A stretch of DNA of 64,000 bases from positions 16,678,001 to 16,742,000 of the forward strand of contig CM114271.1 of NCBI GenBank assembly GCA_050084515.1, read 5' to 3'. The translations under genes were made by a program, and so were the position numbers. Of this stretch, positions 41,901-53,349 are shown one piece after another. Below the pieces are notes generated by a model, which saw only the letters and a list, made by a program, of their open reading frames with translations, ran no database searches and was not told the DNA's origin. This stretch comes from Blasia pusilla. Taxonomy: Eukaryota. Position 1 is the stretch's first letter. Each line of letters begins with the position of its first letter.

Positions 41901-42336
41901 CTTCCAAGTGCGGAATTGTGTGGCCCGATTACTCCAACCTAGCCAAGTCTTCACTCAAAGCTACAGAGACATCTTCCCATACAACACTGCTTGGTTTGAT
42001 AAGGCCAGAGCTTCAAAGGGAAAGAAATGTGAACTCTCTAGCATTAAAGCTTTGAGGTTAGGCACTGGGCATTCCTTCCAAGTCGTCACAAACATGAACA
42101 TGGCAAGAAACGGGCTGCTGATGTAATTCTGTTGTAATGTAACCAGTTCAGCCTTGCTTCCAAGAACGGAATTGTGTTGTCTAATTTCCACAAGTGCCAC
42201 TACCTTTACTGCAACAATCCGAAAGCAAACGCTGCTATGCGTATCTCATCTCAGTGCTACTCCGCGGCCATGGGATCTGAATTGCAGAAAAGTATGAAGG
42301 TTACCAAGATGCGATTCATTGGATTCAACAAGTAAT

Positions 42337-43212
42337 TCAGGCTCTTCTCCAGACAGTTTCGGGCTTGTCAAGCTTCATGGCCGTGTATCTCGCTGCAGTG
42401 AACAAGAAATCACTCAGACGGTTCAAATACTGAGCTACCGATTGCTCCACCAAATGCTCTGCCACCAACGCAACCACTTTCCTCTCTGCACGCCTGCACA
42501 CTGATCTCGCCGTGTGAAGAGCAGCTGCAGGCAATCCGCCAGACGGAAGTATAAAGCTCGTCAGGGGAGGAAGTTCCTCGTCCATCTTGTCGATCCACCT
42601 CTCCAACGATACCACCCATTCGGGGTCGAACCTGACTTTAGCAACCTTCTTCGAGGAGAAGCTATTCAGAGGCGTGGCTACGGCCGATCCAACATCAAGA
42701 AGCCTCGACTGAATCTCCTCGATCTGCTCCAGCGTGGAAGCCAGCTGGGCTTGTAGGCAGTACTCGTGTGCCAAACCTAGAGCACTATTCAGCTCATCCA
42801 CGTCTCCAAGTGCTTCAAACGTTGCATCGTCCTTTCTTCGTCTCTGCCCATCGTACAGAGACGACTGGCCCTTGTCTCCAGTCCTGGTATAGATCTTCAA
42901 CGCTCCGCTTCCGTCTGATGAGAAGCATCGGGGGAGAATAGGAAGGGATTGAGCAGATAAGTAGACAGCGGATGCCGAAGTTCTCGAGGATGGTAAACCC
43001 AGGAAGCATGGTCTATACCGACCTGATGGAGAAGCTATGAACGCAAACGAGCGCGCAGAAGGCCCTGAAGCTAGTCGTGAGTCCGTGCAGGAGCCTGATA
43101 TCAATGCGCCTTCGCTGCTGCACTGTCCGAGCCATGGCCAAAAATTGACCAATGTGCGAAAATTGCGTGCCTGTTCATGAAGAGACCGCACACAATTCCT
43201 CGCTGAAGGCAT
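42337..43212 (-). CDS. MMAB: PduO-type ATP:cob(I)alamin adenosyltransferase (MMAB/CblB homologue) with probable organellar transit peptide
   Basis: KIYTRTGDKG, GDVDELNS, IQSRLLDVG, LPPLTSFILPSG, LHTARSVCRRAER and YLNRLSDFLF in an intact single-exon 291-aa ORF with a ~105-aa Ser/Arg-rich N-terminal extension. Confidence 0.95.
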   Translation of the reverse strand: MPSARNCVRSLHEQARNFRTLVNFWPWLGQCSSEGALISGSCTDSRLASGPSARSFAFIASPSGRYRPCFLGLPSSRTSASAVYLSAQSLPILPRCFSSDGSGALKIYTRTGDKGQSSLYDGQRRRKDDATFEALGDVDELNSALGLAHEYCLQAQLASTLEQIEEIQSRLLDVGSAVATPLNSFSSKKVAKVRFDPEWVVSLERWIDKMDEELPPLTSFILPSGGLPAAALHTARSVCRRAERKVVALVAEHLVEQSVAQYLNRLSDFLFTAARYTAMKLDKPETVWRRA

Positions 43213-44420
43213 GTTCAGAACACCTTTTCCGAGACAAAGAAATCAACGCTGCTCTTCCCACTGACCAACTAATTCAACCAGCGACTCGCTGAGGCTCGCC
43301 CATATATCACTAAGAAACCAAGCTTCATTATTTCACAGCTGCCACTCTCGCCGAACCTCCGGCCTCCGCTTCAATTCTTTTCTGTCAAGGCGCAGTGCCA
43401 GACGCCCATGATACTCCCATCGCCTCCTCCTGCCGGTTCGATTTAATAAGACTCCCCATGCCGCCTGTGAGGTCCAAGGGTTTTGGGTCCTTTCACAACC
43501 GCCCCCATCGGTACTTGCATCATATCACCATATACTCATTCTATCATCATCATATTATCAAGGGCGTTACCCCCAACCGGCGCACAGGACCGGCATCCTT
43601 TGTAAAGCAAGCCGGCAGAAATCGAGAATTTCCGATAGGAGCAGTCATGCATTGGGAGGTTTGCCGACCTGAAAAAGTAAAACGTCGGTTTTCTGCCGAG
43701 ACCCCTTCACCACAACCGGTAGAACACCGACACGTCGTGGAAAAGAATCGGCAGTTTTACCGGGGCACCACTAGGATTGTCAGCACTAGGTATGTTGGGG
43801 GGAACACCGGGAAACCACCGGACTCATAAGGACCCGGTCCCATGCGGCCGGCTTGCAGTCGGGGTCGCCACGATCTCCTTCTCGTAGGTTGGAAATAGGT
43901 GGTAATACGGTCGCAATCTTTTCGCCTTGTGTTTTGACTGCGCGAAGAAGGTTCGGGTCTCATGAATGCTATCTGTCGGATCAAGAATGATCCAGAACCC
44001 TCGGGCCAGGTCTTGGCGACCTCGGCCGCATGGAACCGAGTCCTAAGTGGCGTGCCGAAGAAATCTCCATACATCTGTGACCTAGATCTGTGGCCTGTCA
44101 AATTGTGACCGACTATGGTAGGATAGGGAAGGGTCGGGTCACTTGATCACCAAATGCAACTTAGCCACGTTGCCGTAGGAGGCGGCATGGCGGGCTCGAA
44201 TGCTCGAGCGAGTCGAGCCTCAGCCCTCGGGGCGATAGGGACTCTTTGGGAGTCGGGGTCTCAAGGAGTAGGCTTATTTCACTCGTTTTGACTCAAGACT
44301 CACTCAGGAATTGATACTCAGGATTTGGATTGCGGAGTCGGGACTCTAGTGTATTCTCAATTTCCAGAGGGGGAGAAGCAAATCTCACAGCTTCGTGCTT
44401 GGGTCTCGCCATCGCTAGGA

Positions 44421-44534
44421 TGTCATGACCATACCGATTATGTCGTAGAGTATAGTGTGCTAGTAAAGGCCATACCTTATGTAGGGCCGTAGTGTCTAGG
44501 TAGGGATGCGGTTTCATACATGGGGTTGGGGGTT
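44421..44534 (+). repeat. Repeat A1 (5' terminus of copy B)
   Basis: Matches 55540-55653 ungapped (about 5 mismatches in 114 bp), then diverges completely. Confidence 0.93.
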
Positions 44535-45803
44535 TCTAATGTGGAGAGCTTGGAGTGCGGAAGCTCTGTTGAAGTTCATCCAGATCGGGTGAGAGGTTCC
44601 TGTTGCTACTTGTATTATGATCTCATGTGAAGCTATCTGCTTGAGTGTGTGGAGCGTTGCGGATTTCTGCGTGCATGAATCTGGGCGGAAGCGCTGTCGG
44701 ATTTGCGATTCTGGAGGTGTATGGACATCAAGTTTGTCTGATTTTTAGCTCGGAGTACAGAACTCGGTTGTAGCTGATTTTTTGTGGAGAGATAGCTATG
44801 GTGTTCAATTGAATTCTGGTCGAAATAGATTCAATTTTGGTTGAGGATTTGTGGAGTAATTGCTGATCGAAATTTCACGGACTAGCTCAAGGTCTGGCTG
44901 TGGTGGACAGCAGATCGGAGGGGCTGGTTGGTTGGTGATTCGTCCGTTGTTGGAGACGCCTATCCCGTTGGGGGCGCCCTGGTTGGGCCTCTCTCCATAG
45001 CGAAGCATGGCAAAGCATGGCGAATGGGGCGATAGGGGCAAGTCTCAAGCATTTCTCGGCTTCGAGGCAACTCATGGTAGCTTGAGGCGAGTGGGTGTGA
45101 GAGGCAAAGTAAGGAGCAAGGAGCAAGCAAGCAAGCTTGCTTGCTTGGGCATGAGGCAGTTTTTGCATGATTTGTGAGTTGAGTGTTGCATAACTGGTCA
45201 CCCATCTTTGGGCTATTCTGCCTGGAAGAGGCTTAACTACTGAGATCTTAACTATGCCAGTGTACACACTGGTGTAGCTCATTTGGTGTTGTTCGGAGAT
45301 GTGTTAGGCGCTTTATGCATCTCAGGTTTTTGGTTGATGGACCTCTAGCACATAGTATGATGTAGCCTCTCCATGCAGGTGATATTTTCAGGTGCTGCGA
45401 GTGCAACTAGCACATCATCGACCAGCGGCAGAGTAGCTATTGCGTTAGAATTGTATGGTGGGTTCTGTGGATTCAGGGGGCGCCACGTTTGGTGGATTGT
45501 GTTACCTTGATTTCCATTTGCGATTGGAGGGTTGTTGTTGGACTTCTTGTGTTTGGATCCCCTCCATCGTTGCTTCTTGCTTGCGCGCCCATTATTATGG
45601 TTGACGCTGATTTCCACAGTAGTGTTACTCCTGTGTGCTACCTATAGTGAGGTTGGAGTGATGACCAGAAGACCGTGGGAGGCTTTTTGTGGTGATGACA
45701 GGTTAGGTTGCCTACACCCATAGCTAGTAGAGCTAGAATAGTATAGCGACATCGGCGTCACTTGGTTACTTAGTGGTGGTAATTTGGTGGTGGTGCGGCA
45801 TCG

Positions 45804-48650
45804 GTGTTGGTCATCACGGAGCTGTCTGGTGGTCTGGTTGGGGACCATGGTGCGGACAGTGGTGGTTTTACACGGAGTGGATTGAGGTATCGGCTACCTT
45901 TTCCACTTCCGACGGTTGATGAAGAGAAGGACGTGGGTGTTCCAAACACCGAGTCTTCTACGTTGTTATCGAGTGTTGCAGCTCCATTGATTTGGGACAT
46001 GGATGGGATATATGGGGTCATGAAGGGCCCAAGACAATACTCGGGTGCAGTGGGCACCATTGAGTTGGAGGACTTCATTCAAGAGTTTGATACGTGGTGT
46101 GATATGCAGATGTTGCAGAACGCCACGTTGTTTACACCCTTCTTGGCTTGGAAGGGGTTGTTTCAACACTTGGAGGGACCACCCATGGATGATTACCATG
46201 AGTTTAGGAAGGACCATGTTGCTGAGATTAAGGCGTGGAGACAATATTGGTCTCCATGCTATGTGTCAGTCACCCATGGTGATATTGGTAGTAGTGCTCC
46301 TACTATGCCAGCCAGCCCGACGTTGAGTGGTACGAGTACGAGCCGGAGTGGGGGTACTAGTGGAGGTACCCATGGAAGTACCACTGGGGATACTATTGGG
46401 GATACTAGTGCCCCACCATCGTTCACCCCGATTGCAGAGTTCTTCAAGAGGTTGAAGAAGAACTATCAGGGAGTGAAGACAAAGAAGTTGAGGAGTCTCC
46501 ACGAATTTGAGCGAAAGACTGGTGAGAGTCTTCGTGAGGCATACACTCGTATACGACGCTTGATTTCAGTAACCTAGGGTGTGATTGAGGCTCAGGCAGT
46601 CCAATTTTGGTATGGGATCTTGTACAGAGAGTTGCGTTGCAGGGTACGTTGTCGTGTCGAGAGCCTTTCTTCGAGCAAGGGCGGGCCTTCTAGCTGCGGT
46701 AGATGGGGTCGATGCAAGGTGAACTCTCTAAGAAGTTCTCCTTTTTCAATACAAAATTATGATGTACACTCTCCATTCTTTCACGACAGGTATCACAAAT
46801 GGAAATGCCGAGGCGATCACTTCTTCGTAACATCGGACCCCAAAATTCCTAACTATAAAATCCCTATAAACTATTTTACGCTTGTACACGAGGAAGATAG
46901 CACAACTAGTGTTAAACCCTACTTGAGCAGGCCTATTGACATCCATGGGTCGCTATATAAAGACATACAAAGTACAATCCCATGTCCTTCCATATGTGAC
47001 GATAGGAAGAATCACCGGAGTTGGAGATTGCATGACCTGGTTCATGAACGTCTCCCCAAAGTGATAAACTAAATATCGAGTGAACGAGTGTCTATCTACA
47101 AAGAATACCTTGACATGGTATGGATTGAGGAAAGGAAAGTCGGGCACAACTCGTGCTCCACCCCTATCCATGCTTGATAGACATTCTTTTCTCTCCTCAA
47201 GAATGGATTTTGGCAGAATTATTCTCCCAAGAGGGGTAATCCACTCTCATTGGGGAAGTAACAAGCCAAAACATTCACTATTTTAGTATGACTAAACCCC
47301 TCTAAGGTGACAAACCTCTCATCTCCATACACACACACACCACACTCTAAAAACCTCTCGAAGAATAGACCATGATCAAGTTACTCTCCCAAGAGGGGTG
47401 ATCCACTCTCATTGGAAGAGCAAGCAATCCCAAACCATACACTCAAGAGAGACACGAGAGACTCAAGATGTGGAATAGAAGGTGATGAATTCTTGAAGGT
47501 CCCTCCTCTTTATATACTCACAAGGGATCCACAAGAGTACGAAATAGAGCTTATCTTAACTTGTGCCACATGGCTTCCTCTCAAGGCTTAGCCAATCACA
47601 TTTTGACACAAGTAGATTTCCTCTTATCTCTTCCAAAATATCATCTTTTACCCACTTGATATTTTCCAAATTACCCCAACTAACCTAGCCACCAACCAAG
47701 ACTACTTTTGCTTTTCATTAAAGCAACTACTTTGCTTTTATAAATTCATCTTTTATTTATTACCTCCTTTTCTAAAGTTGGGCCCGCATAAAAGAGGCAT
47801 CATAAAGAGGTTTAAACATAAGAATTTCCTTTTTCTAAGTCAATTTACTTAATACTAATGAAACTCTATCTAACACTTAATGACGAAGGAATTTACATAT
47901 TGGTTGATTTTACTATACGACAACGTGATGCTACTCTTATGAGTGATGATTCACCCACATTGACCCATGTGTTTGCTCTGTATGAGAAGATTGAGCTTAA
48001 CATGGTCGAGGAGAGAGTGGTGACATCCGCATTCAGTAGGGATACAACTACTACTTCTCGTGTTCAAGAGTCCACCTCAGAGTCTCGTAGTGGTGGTGGT
48101 GGTAGTAGTAGTGGGAGTCGTGGGGGGTACACACGACCTCAATCAGGTCCTAGAGGGACACTTGCGCAGAGACCATTGCCTTCATTTGCTGCCCCGCAGC
48201 AAGGACAATCATATTGGACATGAGGAGGTGATCATGTTAGGAGGTTTTGTCTCCAAGAGGATGAGAGACGGAATTTGGAGGATGGGCCTCTGTCGGCCCC
48301 AACTCAGTGTGATCATTGTGGGAGACTAGGTCATCCTCGAGAGCCTTGCTTTGATCTTCATCCAGAGTTGAGATCAGGCCGCGGCCGTGGAGTAGCTCCG
48401 AGAGGCCGAGGTGGTAGAGGTGGTAGGGGTGGTAGAGGTGGACTTGTGGTTGGAGAGCCTACAGTGTCTACCCCTACCACTACGACAGAGTTAGCTATGG
48501 CTACCAGGATTGAGCAGTTGGAGCAGAAGTTGGCTACTATGGTTAGTATCCAGCATAGAGCAGGTTCGGGAGCAAGGGCTTCCACCTCTTATGGAGGGGA
48601 TGATCTCTCTTATATGGCGAGTGCAAAGACGAGGTTGAGGCATCGCCTGG
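45804..48650 (+). pseudogene. Copy B gag (interrupted by the 46650-47922 insertion)
   Basis: GTIELEDFIQEFDTWCD, WKGLFQHLEGPPMDDYHEF, ESLREAYTRIRRLI, CDHCGRLGHPREPC and an RGG-rich tract. Confidence 0.8.
46650..47922. mobile_element. 1273-bp non-coding insertion (solo LTR or non-autonomous element), TGTCGT...ACGACA, 4-bp TSD ACGT
   Basis: ACGT at 46646-46649 and 47923-47926. Removing the insert restores the gag frame RVR-DATLMSDDSPTL. Confidence 0.9.
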
Positions 48651-49778
48651 GCGATTTAGAGGAGCCACTCGAGCGTCAGAGCCACGTGGTGCTACTGTGG
48701 AGTTGGACCCACAGAGGGGTGAGGCTGGGAGGCACGCTAGGCTTTCCCAGTCATTCTTGTTGTCTGAGGTACTTAGGACTCCATCCATGGTTCCTACGCA
48801 GCCTATTGAGCCTATAGTCGGGACTAAGGCATCTACATTACGTGTAGTAGACACGGATGCAGCATCCAGTGCAGTATTGTGGATGGCAACTTCAGTGTTG
48901 GGATCCCCATTGTTTTCGGCCACGGAGCTCATGGCTTTAGGAGTTGACTTAGCTCCTGTATTTCAGCTAGCAGCCATGTTGTGTGAACGTGGGGATGTTA
49001 CTGCTACACGTGCTGGTCTATACACATGTCGTGTAGGACTCACCAATCGGAATATCCCACTCCGGTTGTCCAACATACATACACCATGTGTAAGCCTTTC
49101 ACGATCAATGGTTGGCCGGGCTGGTAATGCATCCATCTTCGCCGCTGCTGCCTGTCAAGTAGCACTGGTACTCAATGCTACACCTCACATTGAGGGTTGC
49201 TCCACCGCAACACCCTCATCCACTTCAGCACTGCTAGACGGTTGGGAGTACTTGCAGTGGTCACATCGGCCGAGTTGTATGATGTACTAGTTGGAGGAGC
49301 AATATTGTACCCGATGGGTTTTCAGATGGACTACTGGACTTAAACAGTGTCTTATAGATCTAGTAGGCAGTTTGGGGATGGACGTATGAGCCAGGTTCCT
49401 ATGAGATTTATTTATGGGGCTCAACCAGGAGGGTCTTCCCCAACGGTGTTAGCATCTGTGGCTGGTTTTAGTGGAGTAGTCACTTGGCCAGGAGACTTTT
49501 TGGAGGGTAATCTTTCTGCTATGGATTCTCCTGTGCATGAGGAGGTAGAGGAGGTCCCTAGTTTTGCAGCAGTGGCATCCTCTTCGTTGGATGTGCCACT
49601 TTGGAGTTCATGCGGTGCACTACGGCAAGAGGCTGATCGCCTAGTGCAGGAGGCTTGGTGTGAGGCTGTTACACCTCACGAGGAAGAGGAGGCCCCACAA
49701 CGGACTCCTACTTCTGGTCCAGTTGGGTTATCCCCTTTGGATACTACACCCATTGTATGGCAGTATCCGCCGGAGGGC

Positions 49779-50720
49779 ATTTGTGTGTTAGATCTCTTTG
49801 GTGGGATTAGCACCGGTTTGGTTTGGCTGATGTTGCGGCACCGGTATTCTGTCTTGCGGAGATACGTGTATGTGGAGCGAGATGAGACAGCCCAAAGAGT
49901 CTCATCCCGACATATCGGTCAGTTGATGCGGAGATATCCTGAGTTGTTGCCGCCATCATGTATTCGTGAGTACCAGCGTGCTTTGCCGTCACACATTGCA
50001 TTGTTGGGGGCGCAAGAGCTTGAGAGTGTTGGTCCTGTGGATTTGGTGATTGCCGAATGGCCATGTGAGGGTCATACACGTGCTGGTCATGGTGAGGGAT
50101 TACACGACCCTAGATCTCGATTATTTTGGGAGATGTTACGGGTCTTACGACATCTTCAGGTTTATCACGCACGTGCTACAACTTACACTCTGGAGAATAT
50201 TGTTGGGTGACACTCGGACCCAAATGATGGCGAGTGTTCATGAGGTGCGGTCTTCGATTGGACCAGCAGTGTTGTTGGATGCAGCGCGAGTTGGCTCGCG
50301 TGCACATCGTCCACGCTTGTGGTGGACAAACTTGTTGCCTAGGGAGGTTCTACGTCGAGCATATGATGTAGTGCAGCGGGATCCTTGCCTCACAGTGGAT
50401 AGTATCTTGGATACTGGGTGACTTTCTCAGGTGGTGAGGGTTATTGATCGGTCATCCATGGCAGTGGTGAACCGTGTGGGCTAGCCTAGGATGGCACTAC
50501 CCACATTTGTGAGTTTTCCCTCGTCACATGCCTACAGGGAAGGTGGTCCCGGGCTTGTATGGGATTCTCATGTGCGACAGTTGGTGGAGCCTAACGCTGA
50601 TGAGAGAGAGCGTGCGATGGGATTTGCTACTGGTGTGACAGCGGTTGCTTCCATTTTTTAGGCTTCACGACATCATGTGTTGGGTCAAGCCATGGACCTG
50701 AATTTTTTGACCTGGATTTT
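49779..50720 (+). pseudogene. Copy B C5 cytosine DNA methyltransferase domain
   Basis: ICVLDLFGG, YVYVERD, DLVIAEWPCEG, RSRLFWE, TLENI, RAHRPRLWWTNL, ERERAMGF, LGQAMD. Confidence 0.9.
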
Positions 50721-51099
50721 GAGTCTTGGGATGGCTGAGCAGCGTCGACTTCGGACTATGTCTATGGGTCTTCCATCCCTTGTGATGAGCTCGATGGCTA
50801 CTGGGACGGTAGAGACATCGATTGGGGGCGAGGAGAATAGTATTTTGCATCCTTGGAGTAAATAGGATGTAATGGTTGGGCATGTGGAGTTGGTTGCTCA
50901 TGCTGATGGAGGAGTTATTTGCTCAGATGATGGTGTAACCAAGGTTGTACCATCTTGTGAGAGGGTTGCCTAGCAGCCAATGGCGTCGTCCTCTCCCTCT
51001 ATTGTGCCAGTGGAGGAGATTTGGGAGCCATTACTTGGGCCCAAGCTTAGGGGAGGTGAGAAACGACGCTTGACACAATTCCTACGTGCTTATAGGATT

Positions 51100-53150
51100 T
51101 GTCTTGCCTTTAGCATGAAGGAGTTGGGTGCTTTGGTAAGACCCGGTATACGGATTGATTTGGCTAGTGATTCGCCAATCTTCCGTCGTCCCTACCGATA
51201 TAGTGATATGGAGAGGGACCTGATTCAGAGTAGGACGTTGGACCTTTTGGAGGCTGGATTAGTGGAGTTGTCACATGGAGAGTATGCATCAGCCACTATC
51301 ATGCCTACTAAAAAGGATGTGCATGGCAACTACACGGATAGGCGGATGTGTGGAGATTACCGTCTTATCAATCGATAGACCAAAGCCGATAGGTATGCCA
51401 TGCCTACACCTGAGGAGATCTTTGATGTGGTGGGACAGGCAAAGATTTTTAGTACTTTGGATCTTCGGGCAGGATACCATCAGTTGCCAATCCGAGAGAG
51501 TGACAAGGCCAAGACAACATTTTGGGGTGTCAACTCTCATGGCAAGGATTGTTTGTACCAGTGGAAATTCTTACCCTTTGGGTTGAAGAATGCACCTGCC
51601 GAGTTTCAGAGAGTGATGGACAGGATCCTAGCAGGGTTTGATTTTTTTCGATGTTACATTGATGATATCTTGGTGTTCAGTAACACGGTGGAGGAGCATC
51701 AGATACATTTGCAAATTGTGTTTGAGCGGTTGAAAGCTCATGGTCTACGTTTGCGTCCAGGAAAGTGTAAGTTCTTCCATGAGGATGTTGAGTACTTGGG
51801 TCATGTGATCTATCTAGGTGGTTTGGGAGTTCACCAAGCAAAGGTGGAGGCTATTGCACTTATTCCTCGTTCGATAGATGTGAGTAGAGTTCGGGCATTC
51901 ATGGGATTAGCAAACTACTATCAGAGGTATGTGAAGGGATTTAGTGTTATGGAAAAGCCTTTGAACCAATTGTTGAAATCAGATCGGGAGTGGCACTGGG
52001 GAGATGATCAGGAGAGAGCTTTTGTGGAGCTCAAGGCCCAGTTGGTGATTGCGCCTATCTTGAGGAAACTATCAGAGGGCGCCCATTTCAGTTACACACT
52101 GATTGGAGTAGGTTGGGACTTGGAGTGGTGTTGACACAACATGATGATGAGCACATGGAGTTTATGGTGGCCTATGCAAGTCGTTCGAATATTGCAGCGG
52201 AGTCGTGCTACAGTTCATATGAGGGAGAGTGCTAGACAGTAGTGTGGGTTGTGGCACACTTTAGATGTTACTTGTTTGGCATACAATTTACCCTTGTTAC
52301 TGATCACCAACCGCTCAAGTGGTTGATGGAGTCTGACAAGCTTCAGGAACCTAAAACGGCACTTGCGCGCCTAGCGATCCCAATTGTTCAACGGATCTCA
52401 TGCGAGTTCCAAACCGAGACCCAAGTAATTGAGTCGCGGGGTGAAATCCAAGAGGGACGTCTAAAATCACCTCCGTAGACTTGGTTCAGGTTTTCCAACC
52501 CAACCCCAAACTCTCGATCCGTTCCATGCCCTTGAGCCGTCCCATGGCGCCCAAAGTGGGGTTCAAGTTCCAAGCACTCTCGGAGACCTTCCCCCTTAAT
52601 AGTACTTTTGGGGTTCTCCAATAACACCCCCCCTTTTGGCCCTCAACCCGACTCTACTTACAGTCGTATCTGAGTTGTTTCTCAACCGTTGCGTACGCGT
52701 TTGCAGAGATCCTTAGTGCGTTTGAACTCACTTTCCATAAGCCTTCCAACGCACCCTTGTTTAATCCAAACGCATCTAGGCGCTAAAAGTTATGGTTATA
52801 AATACATTTGGAAACTCTCGAACGCTAGTGGCGTTCCAAATCCGGATTCCTTCCTTTGGCAACCCACTTTCTAGTCTTATTCCGCGTTTGGTCCAGGTTT
52901 CTCGGTCGCGACCACAACATCTCAAACACGAAGCCTCGCTTGCGTCTCGTATCTTGTCTCTTCTTCGAGACTACTCCAACGCGCAAACCATCTTAGCGTG
53001 AGCCCGCTAATGTTTTGATGTTCCGCTTTGGCACTCGTTTGGTCATGAGGATCGCGACACTTATCTTATAGGAGTATGACTTCCAGGTGGTACATAGACC
53101 TGGAGTTGCCAACCTTGATGCTGATGGGTTGAGTAGGAACCCATGTACTA
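51100..53150 (+). pseudogene. Copy B reverse transcriptase / RNase H
   Basis: RMCGDYR, LDLRAGYHQ, LPFGLKNAPAEFQR, CYIDDILVFS, LHTDW, TDHQPLKWL; interrupted at 52344-53059. Confidence 0.95.
52344..53059. mobile_element. Truncated LTR-like insertion in RNase H ending in CGCGACA
   Basis: Host reads MESDKL then resumes at LIL*EYDF. About 8 codons (TGKLARWA) and the insert's left end are missing, so no TSD is visible. Confidence 0.65.
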
Positions 53151-53349
53151 GCCAAGAGGATGCAAGTGGGGCTAGATGGCATGGCGAGGTTGATGAGGAG
53201 ATGGTGCCAGGTTGGCATGCATCCGCCTTTTTATGTTGGTTAAGGATGGACTCTAGTATGGAGGACCACATGACATCTTACTCTAGTCAGAGGGTAGATG
53301 GCCAGCCTTCAGATCCTAAGGTTGGAGATGGTTGTACGGATCAACGTGA

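Noticed and set aside
43395-45720. Several 80-144-aa ORFs upstream of MMAB and in the leader of copy B
   Set aside because: No recognisable domains and overlapping on both strands, consistent with chance ORFs in GC-richer DNA.
49027-49040. TGTCGTG as the start of another nested element
   Set aside because: It is part of the inverted protease-proximal coding segment (SPTRHV on the minus strand).
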